Positions 1 through 11,990 of a stretch of DNA of 64,000 bases are shown piece after piece; position 1 is the stretch's first letter, and the number at the start of each line of letters is the position of its first letter. The notes beneath the pieces are model-generated. The model was not told the DNA's origin, ran no database searches, and saw nothing but the letters and a program-made list of their open reading frames with translations. The DNA is from the human T2T-CHM13v2.0 reference genome, Homo sapiens. The stretch is taken from the NCBI RefSeq assembly GCF_009914755.1, contig NC_060937.1; one strand, 5' to 3'. The position numbers were made by a program, and so were the translations under genes.

Positions 1-472
1 AGAGAGAGAGATCTGTTCAAATCATGAGAAATGCTGAGACCAGAACACCTGCCTTTGACTCCTGTCTTCCGAATGCCAAGCTTCACCCATCCCTTTTCAA
101 CAAGTGCAAACCCATTTCAGGAGAGGGCACCGAATCCATCTTGAAAGGACTTGCTCCGAGTTTCAAAGCTGACGCTTTTAAGCTCTTAAATTCCCCTTCC
201 AACAAACAAGCCAATAGTATGTTGGCATGCATTCATATAAGCAGGCTTGGCCCACGCCATATTTATTTAGTCTTCATAACTAGATGTACTAGAGGGTGTG
301 AAGAATAAACCAGCACATCAGCCTTATTGAATATGCTTCCGACCAAAACCATCATTGGTTTGCCTTTCAAAGCCTAATCTAAGAGTCTCTGTCAAGAGTC
401 TCATCTCTTCCTTAGAAGGAGCTCTTTCCCCAGCTCTGGCCCTCCCCACCAAGCTTGGAGCATGGGCCTCAC
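1..472 (-). other. DCT: DCT intron 1 (5' part)
   Basis: Begins GTGAGG on the minus strand directly after the exon; DCT-like protein sequence stops here. Confidence 0.92.
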
Positions 473-767
473 CTGTGCACTTGCAGGTCCGGTGGAAGAA
501 TTTTCTTGGCCACAGCTCACGGTCATCCTGGTTTCGTAGGATGTAGGGACCACTCCAGGGCCTTGTGTCGGCTCGCACCTCTGTGCACTGCCCCCGGCCT
601 TGCTGAGAGCCACAGACATTGGCCGACTCTGCACCCAGGCGTGGGCAGCACTCCTTGTTCACTAGGCTGTCCACCGTCATGCAGACTCGGGGGAACTGAC
701 CCTGGGCTCCTGGCAGGATTTTGCAGCCCAAGCAACTGAGCAGAAACCCCCACCAAAGGGGGCTCAT
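473..767 (-). CDS. DCT: Dopachrome tautomerase (TYRP2), coding part of exon 1 (98 codons + 1 nt, phase-1 intron follows)
   Basis: Translation [42 protein letters not shown]...RTCKCT is the recognisable DCT signal peptide plus the Cys-rich tyrosinase-family N-terminus. ATG lies in a good Kozak context (GCCATGA). Canonical donor CAG|GTGAGG at 473/472. Confidence 0.97.
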
Positions 768-1193
768 GGCTTTATAATTGGGAGAGCTCTCTCTCTCTCT
801 TACTTTCCTTGTCTCTGTCGTACTTTTCTCCTTATCTTCTACTCTTTCAGTCTTTTCTTTTCAGTATTTTTTATTTTTCTTTGCTTTCTATTCCTTTCTT
901 CTTAAAAAAATACCCACAAGAATCACAGAGGTTACATGTGTGCACATGTGTACATGAACGTGCACACACAATTTTATGTGATTCAAACAACTAACAGACT
1001 TAATTTCCTTAGAAGCGCCTCTAACAACCAAATTTAATGAGGGTAGCGCTTCTCACCATCTTCCCCCGTTAAGTCAGGCTTTGTCTAATTGAGTTAATTT
1101 ACAGAGCACCCAGTCATACTACTTATTATGCTGGTATTTCTAAACCCTCTCCCTCCCTCCTTAGCTCTTGACTTTAATTGCCTTGAACTCAGT
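768..1193 (-). other. DCT: DCT 5' UTR (approx. 420 nt; TSS approximate)
   Basis: Lies between the ATG and the promoter motifs. TSS is inferred from a TATA-like AATAAAA at 1223-1217 and the recalled M-box distance of about 130 bp. Contains a long purine-rich tract (minus strand, 781-905). Confidence 0.7.
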
Positions 1194-1320
1194 TCAAAAG
1201 CCAAACACCGTGCTGCTTTTATTCTCTCTGGCTTGCCAAGCCACGGGGCCTTGGGGGCTTGTGTAAGGGCTGGGAGAAGCCTTCATTAGGGGGATTAGTA
1301 TTACAGAAACCCTCATCATT

Positions 1321-1336
1321 AGCACATGACCCAAAG
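1321..1336 (-). promoter_or_regulatory. M-box (MITF site, GGTCATGTGCT) with abutting LEF/TCF-type CTTTGGG
   Basis: Minus strand reads CTTTGGGTCATGTGCT, matching the established DCT proximal promoter MITF/LEF1 module. Confidence 0.88.
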
Positions 1337-1424
1337 TGCACAATAAAGGAGATCACTTCTGGCTTTATTTCAGGAGGGCAAAACCATCTTCTTTATCTGG
1401 GCTCATGTGCTCCAGCCAAACTTG

Positions 1425-1432
1425 TGACCTCA
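1425..1432 (-). promoter_or_regulatory. CRE-like element TGAGGTCA (extra E-boxes CATGTG at 1404-1409 and 1534-1539)
   Basis: Motifs seen directly; a CRE-like element is a known part of the DCT promoter. Confidence 0.7.
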
Positions 1433-1608
1433 GACATCCTGGGGAGTCAGTAGATGCAGTGAGCTCTTCGTCAAAGACCCTTTACACAGAAGCTCACATT
1501 GCCAACTACAATGCACTCATGGCTGCTTTCTGACATGTGTGCAAAAAAGACCACAACAGGGGGTCATGCAACTTCAAAAATAAAGAAACATTTATGTAGA
1601 ACCAGGGT

Positions 1609-1640
1609 ACAAGGAATTGCTTTGTTCCACAATTGGGAAT
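1609..1640. promoter_or_regulatory. Inverted paired SOX (SOX10-type) site, probably DCT distal enhancer DDE1 region
   Basis: CTTTGT-tcc-ACAAT at 1620-1633 is a SoxE dimer arrangement, about 430 bp upstream of the inferred TSS. Confidence 0.65.
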
Positions 1641-2204
1641 CCTCTTCCCTCCAAATAATAACTTACTCTTCTCCTATTCAGCACATCTACGCAGCAATTT
1701 TTTTTTAATTACATGAAGTAGCATGCCACCAGAAACTCACAATTGTCATTATCTGATTGTATGGAAGGCACTGGAACCATTTGGAATGAAGGCTTGCAAG
1801 CAAATCTTTTTGATTAGACTAAAGTGAAGCATGACTGAGCTTCAGTCTAGAAAGCAATGCCTCCTGGTGCTTCTGGAGAATGGTCAGGTCAGCAATGGTG
1901 GCCACCTGTCAGAACATCCATTTATTTTTTCACAGTGGAAACAGGACTGTCTTGGTAACTGTTTCACAGTGGAAACAGGACTTAGTGCCACAAGGATGCG
2001 AAACGGCTTCAGCTAGTTTCTAAGAATATACTTGAATGTAAAGACACATATTGTTATGTTTCAAAGCAAATTCCTAAGGTGAAACAATTATATAGGTATT
2101 CCCACCCCCTGTACCTCTGTGCCACCCCTTGATGTTAAGTTGTTGTGACTAATTAAATGGCAATTCTTATGTCTGACTCTACACCAATATCAGCCTGTAC
2201 CACA

Positions 2205-2308
2205 GCCCTACTGAATCAGAATCTCTGAGGATGTTCCAGACACCAACCAACCTTTGTTAGAAAACATCTAGGCAATTCTAATGCTCAGCCAGAGTTGAGA
2301 ATCACTGA
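2205..2308. mobile_element. MER5-type hAT-Charlie relic
   Basis: CTACTGAATCAGAATCTCTG...GATTCTAATG-like...AGTTGAGAATCACTG motifs. Confidence 0.6.
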
Positions 2309-2371
2309 ATCAGAATACAGCAGAGCTCCAAAGGAAATATTGCATCAGCATCAGCTAAAAGAGACCATGTG

Positions 2372-2846
2372 CAATAGTTTCCTGAGGCTTCTGTAACAAA
2401 TGACCACAAACTGGATGACTGAAAACAACAGAAATCTATTTTCTCACTGTTCTGAAGGCCAGAAGTCTAAAATGAAGGTGTTGGCAGGACTGGCGTGTGT
2501 CAGCCAGGCGGCTGCACTCTCCCTGGAGACTCTAGGCTAGAATCCTCCTTGCCTTTTCAAGCTTCTGGCAGCTGCTGTCAATCCTTGGCTTGAAACCGCA
2601 GCTCCAATGTCTGCCACAGCCCCATGGCCTTCTCCCCATCTGTCTGTGTTTTTCCTCCATGTCTGTTTCTTATAAGGACACTTATTGGATGTAGAGCCCA
2701 CTCAGATAATCCAGGATGATCTCATCTCAAGATTCTTCACTCAATTACATCTGCAAAGAAGACTCTTTTTTCCAGACAAAGTCACATTCACAGGTTCTGA
2801 GACATGGACATATCTTTTGGGGAAGTCACCATTCAACCTAACACAT
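2372..2846 (-). mobile_element. MLT1 (ERVL-MaLR) LTR
   Basis: TAGTTTCCTGAGGCTTCTGTAACAAATGACCACAAACTGG...AAAACAACAGAAAT start; ends CCATTCAACCTAACACA. Confidence 0.8.
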
Positions 2847-3089
2847 CATGGGTGGGAAGAAACTTGGGGTTCTAAAATCGCAAAATCTCAGGGGTTTTTG
2901 AAACCTTTATTTTGGAGCTCATTCATTCATTCCATGTATATTTATTGACTGCCACTTCATGCCAGCATTGTGACACTTGGGAATTTTATTCCAGGTTTTT
3001 GTGAAGCCTTGGGGCTCCATAAATGTTAAGATAAAATTTCTTGGATGTTAAAACTGATGGAGTCAATAATTCTTATGTCAGAATGCCCC

Positions 3090-4190
3090 AGGTCGAAGTC
3101 CTAGGATCTCTTTTCTTTCATTTCCACACTTGCTAGATAACTCAGCTAGTCTGAGGCCTTAAATGCAGGCTATCATGACTTTCCAAAATTACAACTCTGA
3201 CTTTGACCTCAGTTGTGAGCCCCAGACTCATATTATCTAACTTCCTACTGGACCTCTCTACTTGAAGGTTTAGATATTTCTCACCCAAGTTGAGAACTTT
3301 TGCTCTCTCCTCCCAAATGTGTTCTCCATTGGTCTTCTCCATCTCCACAAAGAGCAGCATCACCACAACCCTACAAGTGATCTTTGAGTCTTCTCTTTCC
3401 CACCTCCCCATGTGTGCTTTCCAATGCACTTCAAGTAAAATCCGAGGTGCTTTGCATGTGCTACTCAAAGTGTGGCCAACAGATCCGTGAATGGTGTGTT
3501 CCTGGTTTACATCAAGTTAAGAACAATAAGAATAGAAATTGAGAGTCAACACTGGGAAATTTTCATAGCAATTTGACATTGGGATAACATTCAGGCATAC
3601 GATCAGTAGTTTCATTCAAGAGGGGAGAGTCCGGCTGTGAGGTTGCCAAACGTGCATGGTGATGATCACGGAGCACAGGCTGAATGCAATGAGTCATGTG
3701 CAGTTGGATCACGTGTTAGTCTGTGGCTGGAACATTTTTCTTTTTTAATCATTTACCATGGATAGTTTGAGAACTAGCTTAAAAGATCCTCCATGATTTT
3801 TCCCTCGCCTGCCTCTCAATCTCTTCTTCTGGATGGCAGACTATTGCAATCACTATTATTCAAACATGCCCCCATTCATTTCCACCTTGGCCTTTGTCTT
3901 GCCATTCCCTCTGTCTGGAATAATCTTGCTCAGAGCCCTCAGCTTCTCAGAGAGGCCTTCCATGATATTTTAACACGTCTACAGCCAGCCACCTTCTCTC
4001 TACCACATTACCTTATTTTATTTTCTTCATAGCACTTATCACCATCTAAAGTTATCTGACTTATTGGTTAGGTGGCTGAAAGACTGTCTCATCTACTGGA
4101 CTATAAGCTCCTTAACTCTGCTGTGTTTTTCCAACATGTGCAACAGTATTTGGCAAATAGAGACTACTTGATAAATAGTTGATGAATAAA
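3090..4190 (+). mobile_element. L2 LINE fragments interrupted by a hAT-like DNA element (approx. 3459-3775)
   Basis: L2-like pyrimidine-rich body and 3' end (GATAAATAGTTGATGAATAAA). Inner element bounded by TGCTACTCAAAGTGTGG and AGTTTGAGAACTAG, resembling Charlie-type TIRs. Confidence 0.55.
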
Positions 4191-4502
4191 TATTCCCAAT
4201 TCAAAACTGTATGTTCATCAAAAGGGCCTCATTATTATAGTGACTGGCTTTATACAAATTAAATGCTTTTATTTTGAATATATAAAACACTTAGGCTTAT
4301 AATGACCACTATTATATTGGGGGTTTCATATTAGGTTTTATTAAACTGCTGCAAATGTTTGAAAACCACCAACCCAACATCACTACAACCCATGAACTCC
4401 CCCCTCAGTATTTCCAACAAAATATCACTAGTGAGGAGGTTCTCACAACATTTCAGGAACAGTTCTAAGGGTGAGGAAATTCTTCCTTTTCAATAAGTTT
4501 TT

Positions 4503-4806
4503 GGCCTGGCACAGTGGCTCATGCCTTGTAATCCCAACATTTTGGGAGGCCAAGGCAGGCAGATCACGTGAGCCCAGGAGTCTGAGATCAGCCTGGGCAA
4601 CATGGTGAAACCCCATCTCTACTAAATATACAAAAATTAGCTGGGCATGGTGACATGCACCTGTAGTCCCATCTAGTAGGGAGGCTGAGGCAGGAGGATT
4701 TCTTGAGTCCAGGAGGTTGAGGCTACAAGTGAGCCGTGATTGCACCACTGCACTCCAGCCTGCAGAAAGGAGTGAGACCCTGTCTCAAATAAATAAACAA
4801 AAAAAA
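4503..4806 (+). mobile_element. Alu (old, J/S type)
   Basis: GGCCTGGCACAGTGGCTCATGCC..., A-rich linker, A-rich tail. Confidence 0.95.
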
Positions 4807-5020
4807 GTTTTTAACAGTAAGTATAATTTAAATGTAAATTTAAACATAAATGTTAAATAAAAATTTCCTTCCCCAATTCTTTCATCAAAAGCCTTTGGTA
4901 ACCCAGTCAGGCTCCATAGACCGGGTACAGTCCATTTCCCACAGGCGTTTCTCCCTTTTTTTTTTTTTCCAGACTAAATATTCTCCATTCCTTTTCATTT
5001 TCTTTCATATGACTTAGTTT

Positions 5021-5316
5021 GTTTTTTGTTTTTGAGACAGAGTCTCACTGTGTAACCCAGGCTGGAGTGCAGTGGTGCAATCTTGGCTCACTGCAATCTC
5101 CACCTCCCAGTTTAAGCAATTCTCCTACCTCTGCCTCTCGAGTACCTGGGACTACAGGCACCCACCACCACATCTGGCTAATTTTTGTATTTTCAGTAGA
5201 GACGAAGTTTCACCATGTTGGCCAGGCCGGTCTCAAACTCCTGACCTCAGGTGATCCTCCCACCTCGGCCTCCCAAAGTGCTGGGAGTTTACAGGTGTGA
5301 GCCACCGTGCCCGGCC
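5021..5316 (-). mobile_element. AluS with 15-bp TSD
   Basis: Reverse Alu; TSD CATATGACTTAGTTT at 5006-5020 and 5317-5331. Confidence 0.96.
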
Positions 5317-5996
5317 CATATGACTTAGTTTTAAATCTCCCCATCAGCATGGTCTTTTTTACGGACAACACAGTTCACGATTTGACCTCTGAATGCAGGT
5401 TTCCCATAACTTAATTCAATGTTCCTGCTACGATCTAAGCAAAGATAACCGAAAAAGAATTACCTTGTAAGCTTTGCTAGACAGTCACATCACCTCATCA
5501 ATTTTGTCTACATCCACTCAGGCTAACTCACGCTGCAGTTAAGACCTCAAAATGTTATTTGGCTTATAAAAGAAATGTTTATTTCTTATGCAGCTGCACA
5601 TCCACCACATGTCAGCTGTGACTGTGCTGTACACTGTGTTCACTCCAGGACCCAGGGGGAAACAGCATCTTTTCATTCTTTTCATTCTGCTAATTTTGCG
5701 ACAAAGTAGAGGTCAGTGATGGGCCACTACTTGGAAGAGGTCCACCTTACTCACGTCTGCTCCCACCCCATTGGCAAAAAGCAAGTCCGCGGGCAAGACA
5801 GCTGCTCTCAAAGACAGGGGTTCTGTGAGGATGGCCCCTTTAGGGAGAGTCAAGAAGTATTTTATTTTTACTGCATTTGAAATCAACTTAAAGCCTTATG
5901 TCATTTTCATATAGCTTTCACAAGGCTGCCTTAAAGTCAGATGCCTCTCATATCCCCATCTGCTCTTCTATTCGTATGGAATTGCCTTTTGAGGTC

Positions 5997-6406
5997 TGTA
6001 TTAGTTTGCTTTGGCTTCCATAACAAAATGCCATAGAGTAGATGGCTTAAACAACAGAAATGTACTTTCCCACAGTTCCAGAGGCTGAAAGTTCATGAGC
6101 AAGGCATGGGCAGGGTTGGATTCGTCTGTCAAGGCCTCTGTCCTCGGCTTGCAGAGAGCTTCCCTATTGCTGCCCCATGCCATGGTCTTTCCTCTCTGCA
6201 CATGCACTTCTGGTGCCTTCTCATGTGTCTAAATTTCCTTTTTTTATACGAACACTGGTCAGATTGAGGCCCATCCTGACGACTTCATTTTTAACTTAAT
6301 CTCCTCTGTAAAGGCCCTATTGCCAAATACAGTTATATTCTTGGGTGCTGCAAGTTGGGAATTGAATGTAGGAATTTTGGGGAGGATGCAGTTCAGCTCC
6401 TAACAG
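5997..6406 (-). mobile_element. MLT1 LTR
   Basis: TGTATTAGTTTGCT...GGCTTAAACAACAGAAAT...; ends CAGTTCAGCTCCTAACA. Confidence 0.82.
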
Positions 6407-7479
6407 GGTGTAAATGAAAGGGTTTATTTTGCCTCTGTCCAATGTTGTCATATTAAATGGGTGTGATAAGCAATGGGATTTCTCTCATTCCTGCCTTTGT
6501 CCTAACTACACATTTGGTTGACCCGTCTTTATTGTCTTCGTAACCCAATTCATTGATGAAAATGACTGAATGTCAAGGTCCATGGCAGGACTTGAGACAC
6601 GTCACTCAAACAAAAGCGTCTCACTCTGGCACTCTGCTGGGGGGCGGTGGGGGGGTGGCCACAAGAGGAACTTCAGGGGGATCTTTGAACATCCTGAAAT
6701 TGTGAAGAAAATGTAGCATGGGTCTTTTTCTGTTAAGAAGATTCATAGATTTTGTTAGCTTCTCAAATGGATTCATGACCCTGCCCTTGAGACTTTAGCA
6801 CAGGTAGAACCTTGGAGGGCTCTGTGAGAGAACTTAGAGACTCCGAGCATCATCAGTGTTTCCAAAGGATGTCATGGCCATTAACCACCAGTCTGCTTGT
6901 CCACAATGGAGGCACCTGTATAGTTCACTGCCTTTCTCCTAGAATGGCAGAGCCCCTGAGCTTTCCTGTACTCACCTGGTCTTAAAAGAAAAGCCTTAAA
7001 TACTTAAAGGAAAAGGCTTAAATGAAGCTGCAATCCCATCAACCTTGCACAAACACAGTGTCTGGCACATAGGAAGCACTTTCAAAATAACTGTTGAGTA
7101 AATGAACCATCATCTATAGTATCCTCCCCAAATTCACAATCATTCCTAATAAAGGCAGGTCACTCTTTCTCTCACGGAAACACCCAGTTTGAAGTCCCAT
7201 ATCTTGAAGGAGAGCAGAGAAAACAAAATGGGACAGGAAGTAATAATACTAATGCTTGATAGGTGAGAAAGGGCTAAAAGTATTGATTATTTAGCCAAGA
7301 GAATTGCTAGGGAGTGACTGATTTTCAAAAAGATAAAGAGATTTCCTTTGGATTTGGAAGGATAAGGCTGCAGGTGATCTATACGTTGTGAAGTGCTCAA
7401 TGTCATTGGGTTTGTGGTCTTTTTTAGTTCCTACGCGTTGCTCGATTGCATGATTTTAAAAGTAAGAAAGCAGCTTAAT

Positions 7480-7670
7480 GTATTAAGTCCCTACTATGCT
7501 CCAGGCACTAAGCTAAGGGTGAGTATGTAATGTTTCTAGTTATTTATTCACTGGTTATTATCCTCATTTTACAGAAGAGAAAACAGAGGCTGCCAGACCT
7601 CGGGTAACAAGCTCTGTGACAGAGCTGTGTTTTCCTGACTCCAAAGTTGTGGTCTTTTCACCATGTCGAG
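7480..7670 (-). mobile_element. MIR SINE
   Basis: ATTATCCTCATTTTACAGAAGAGAAAACAGAGGC core. Confidence 0.7.
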
Positions 7671-9945
7671 TTGTCAAACTCATCATTTTCTCTGGGGAAG
7701 TCAGCACAGTGCCTCATACAAAGGGACTGATGGAAACTTACAATCTCTTATCTCCTACTCCATGCCAGGTACTATGCTAAGCTTGCTTTCCTTACCTTTT
7801 GTTATCTCATTTAAATTCCAAGAAACTGCTGCTTGAAATTTTAGTATTTCTAATTTAAGTGAATTGATTTAATATTGCTACCCTAGATGGAAGCCCTAAG
7901 CACGTCAGAATAGAATTAAGAAATCCTCATTCTGATGGAGGAGATTGATTGAAGTTGAGAATAAGGGTTGGGCTCCTCCTAGCCTTGCATTAACTAAATT
8001 ACCCTTTAGTATTAAGCCATCAGCCTGCATTAGGGCATGATTTGGAAAAACATCCTGTGAAACTTGTAAGGTATTTTTAATATCATCAAACACATTTCCC
8101 AATGTCATTTTATGGGGATCCAGGGAGAGATTTCTTGCAGGCTTCAGTATCCAGGAAAGCTGTACTTCCCCATAGAAAGCAGCTTATCCAGGACTGTTGG
8201 ACCATGTGAATCTTAGGATGGTGTTTCTTTCTTTACCTTGGCCAGTTATGAAGCTTGGAGCCAAATTTGCAGCCCCCACATCAAGCAACTGATTCACGCA
8301 GTATCTACTTTAATATTCTCCTTCCCTTATGTTCCTGGGTTCTGGGATTCTTATTTTATCCTTTTGCAAATTTATGTATTTCCCTAGCTTGTCTCAAATC
8401 CTTTGAGAAATAAGACAAACACACACACACACATTTCTGTGTAAGTGCAAAGGTAACAAACACACAGCCAAGTTGTTGTTTACAAAACAGGGCTTAGAGA
8501 AGAGTTCAAGAAGAATCCCTAAAAATTTGGTATAAGTGAATACAGACCTAAGGACATAAGCTAAGAAGATCTCAAATCATAAGCATGACTGTAATTTAAC
8601 ATTGCATTATTTGCAAAAGAGAAAGTCTTTGTTAGAAACTGAGTAGCAGAATCCAAGAGGGGATATCTCATGGGTGTATTGAGACCATTGGTTACCAATG
8701 GAAGCCATCGAATCAAGGACTACTATAAGGAATGTTCTGAAAGCCAGTAAAGAGAGGCAGCTGTGTATCATACAGCTTAATAGTCTGAGAGTAGAAAAGT
8801 GCCTTATTAGAAAGCAATTCATTTTACTCTCTCTTTTTACAGCTGAGGCAAGACTAAGTGAAAAGGGATGTTCTGCATACTTTCATTTTGCATGCCGGCA
8901 CCTAGCACCAACTTGCACATAAGAAGGACTCAATGTATGTTCATGACATACTGAATTAGATACCTTAGAGAATTTGTAAGTGGATGATGCAGGGCAGACA
9001 TGCATAGCTTTGGAGCTAGGATGCCAGCCTATGCCTTCCTGTGCCAGTCTATGTGTTCAAAGGAGGAAGAAATGGCTCAAAGCCTGGGAAGCAATTGAAG
9101 AGAAAGGTAGATGTGTTAGAGCCATGGCTAAGATTAATACAGAGAAAACATATGCATCTTTCTCCTGCTTGCCAACGAGTTGCCTGCTCTTTACTCCTGT
9201 GCCTCTGAATGTGAAAATCCTCCCCGTTTTTTAGCCCCCTGCTCACCTTCCCTGTCTGATGGTTTTTGATCTATTCTTTGCTGCCTCATCATGGGGAAAA
9301 GAGATTATTTTTTTCCCTGTGACCAAGTTGTTTCCTAAATGCTGGACATCTGTCCTGATAAGAGTTTTGCTTTCTACATCTAAGAGCCTTTTTTCTTCTT
9401 GGTGGTATGAATTGTTCTTCAGAGGAATTAAGGGTTAGAAATGGGACGTGTGGTCTGTTATTTCAGTTGAGTGCATTTTTTTCATCTTGAATGCATTTTT
9501 TATAGTTCATCCTTAAGTCTGTGTTTATACACCAAACACTTTTTAATTTCAGATTTTGCATCATTTATCTTTATATTAATCTTAGTTATTTGCTATGCAC
9601 ACTGTGCCCTCTAATTCTTATTTTATCATTGTTTTTTATGCTTCATTCTGGTACATGAGTATTCAATTTGGATTTTTATGTGTACCCTTATAATTTAATG
9701 ACTGATTTGGGTAAGCAATAGAGCTACTCCTTCTTCAAAATACAGTTCTATGGGAGGGAATCACTCTCTTCCTGCTCAATTCTGATCAAATCCAGAAAAT
9801 ACCACCTATACATTTGTAAGAGGTTGTATGGGCTGAAAAAATATATATATTTTTAGACAACTTTAGTACTAATGGATCTACCAGGGTTTATAGATGTACA
9901 ATTTAGACTGTTCAGGGTCTAGAAGGATTTCCAAAATATGTTGTC

Positions 9946-10230
9946 TGCCAGGCACGGTGGCTCACACCTGTAATCTCGGCACTTTGGGAGGCTGAAGCAG
10001 GAGGATCACTTGAGCTCAGGAGTTTGAGACCAGCCTCGGCAACATGGCGTAACCTATTTCTACAAAAAATACAAAAATTAGCCAGGCGTGGTGGTGCATG
10101 CCTGTAGTCTCAGCTACTCAGGGAAGCTGAGATGGGAGAATAGCTTGAGCCCAAGAGGCAGAGGTTGCAATGAGCTGAGATCGCATCACTGGACTCCAGC
10201 CTGGGTGATACGGCCAGACCTTCTTGTCTA
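9946..10230 (+). mobile_element. Alu (J-like)
   Basis: Full dimer; the tail position is occupied by a microsatellite. Confidence 0.93.
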
Positions 10231-10272
<42 letters not shown>

Positions 10273-10391
10273 CATATATATACATACATATACACACACA
10301 CATACACATACATGCACACACCATATATATACATACATATACACACACATATGTACACATACATACACACACAAACACACATATATATATA
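10231..10391. repeat. Compound (CA)n/(TA)n/(TACA)n microsatellite
   Basis: Seen directly. Confidence 0.95.
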
Positions 10392-10859
10392 GTCAAGAGA
10401 AAAACATAAGGTATATAGCTATGAACTCACTATGTTTATGCTAACATGTACATGTGAGGGAGTGGGGGCAGGGAGTATGTCTGTGTCTGTGACTTGTCTG
10501 TGTCTATCTGCCCATCTGTGTGTGTCAATGTGTAGAATAAACACAAGAAACTGGTTGAGTGCTGTCTGTGGGAATGGGCCTAATGGGGTGAGGAACAGGA
10601 GCAGAAAGAACAATTATTTTCATTCTATATTTTTGTACATTTTGAATTTTGAACCATGCATGTATAGTACTTAGTTTAAAAATTTCGTTAATAAAAAAAT
10701 TCAAGTTAAAAAAATTTGGAATGATGAGGACTTGTGAGGATGACATTACATAAAGGAGGAGTTTCCTGGAAGTATTAAAAAGAGTATAACCCAGTCAAAA
10801 TCCCAGCAAGTTACTTTGTGAATAAGGACAAACAGTAGAGGTTTATATGGAGAGGCAAG

Positions 10860-11045
10860 AAACTTACCAGTTCTATGACCCTGGACAAGTGGTTATTCTC
10901 TCTCAGCCTCAGATTCCTCATCTGTAAACCCAAGATGAAGATATCTACTTAATAAAGCATAATTTTAAGGATTAGATATGGCATTGGATATAAATTGCCT
11001 AGCAGAATCTGGCACACAGTAGGTACTTAGCACATTTTTATTACT
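10860..11045 (+). mobile_element. MIR SINE
   Basis: TGACCCTGGACAAGT...CCTCAGATTCCTCATCTGTAAA core. Confidence 0.72.
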
Positions 11046-11709
11046 TCCATTAAACAATGCCTCAAATTTCTACACTGGCAAACCACTGGTCTGACCCATT
11101 ATATTATTACTTGTTTGAAAAATTACTACCTTCATAATCAGTAGCCCATATGACCTCTATTTCAATGGACAGCCAGGAAGGGGTGAAAGATCTTGCCAGA
11201 GTACTGAAAAATCCTCTCCACTGAGAAAATTTTGATTCTAGGAATGATTAATACACACACACACACACACATATACACATGTCTAAGCATCTAATTATAA
11301 GTACTTCTAATAATTTTTTTCTGGAAACTAAATAAGTATTTATAACTCACACATAGAAGATATTCTTGTCCATAATGCAATATTACTACCCAGAAATGAA
11401 GTTGTTTTCTTCTTAGATTCTGCTTAGTCAAATGATGATACGCTATGTTTACAGCTATGCTATTCTGTTAGCCTTGGAACTTAGGAATCTCACTAATTAT
11501 GACAAATATAGGTGGAGGCAAGGTTTAAAGAAGCCACAGAGAATGAATAAACCAGATAGGAGCCCTCTTACTAATTTCAAGAGCTGACAAAAATAAATGC
11601 TATCATTAAAAATAAGGAAAAATCTTTTTCAAAAATTTCTTGACCTGAATCTGGTGGTTTTACACCAAGTTCATTACTTTATCATTGCTGTCAAAAACCA
11701 ACTAACCAA

Positions 11710-11990
11710 AGCTGGGCGCAGTGGCTCATGCCTGTAATCCCAGCACTTTGGGAGGCTGAGGTGAGTGGATCACCTGAGGTCAGGAGTTCTAGACCAGACT
11801 GACCAATATTGTATAATCCTGTCTCTACTAAAAATACAAAAATTAGCTGGGCATGGTGGCGCATGCCCATAGTCCCAGCTACTCATGAGGCTGCGGCAGG
11901 AGAACTGCTTAAATCTGGCAGGTGGAGGTTGCAGTGAGCCGAGATTGTGCCACTGCACTCTAGTCTGGGCGACAGAGCAAGACTCGGTCT

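Noticed and set aside
324-472. C-terminal extension of the 147-aa ORF ([10 protein letters not shown]...RKHIQ)
   Set aside because: Read-through into intron 1 past a canonical CAG|GTGAGG donor; not DCT sequence.
4443-5300. Alu-derived ORFs (also 11770-12168, 32883-33209, 58228-58600 and others)
   Set aside because: Typical antisense Alu translations with no evidence of being genes.
10110-10409. His/Thr- and Cys/Val-rich ORFs
   Set aside because: Artefacts of the (CA)/(TA) microsatellite; the same applies at 33270-33577 and 39464-39821.
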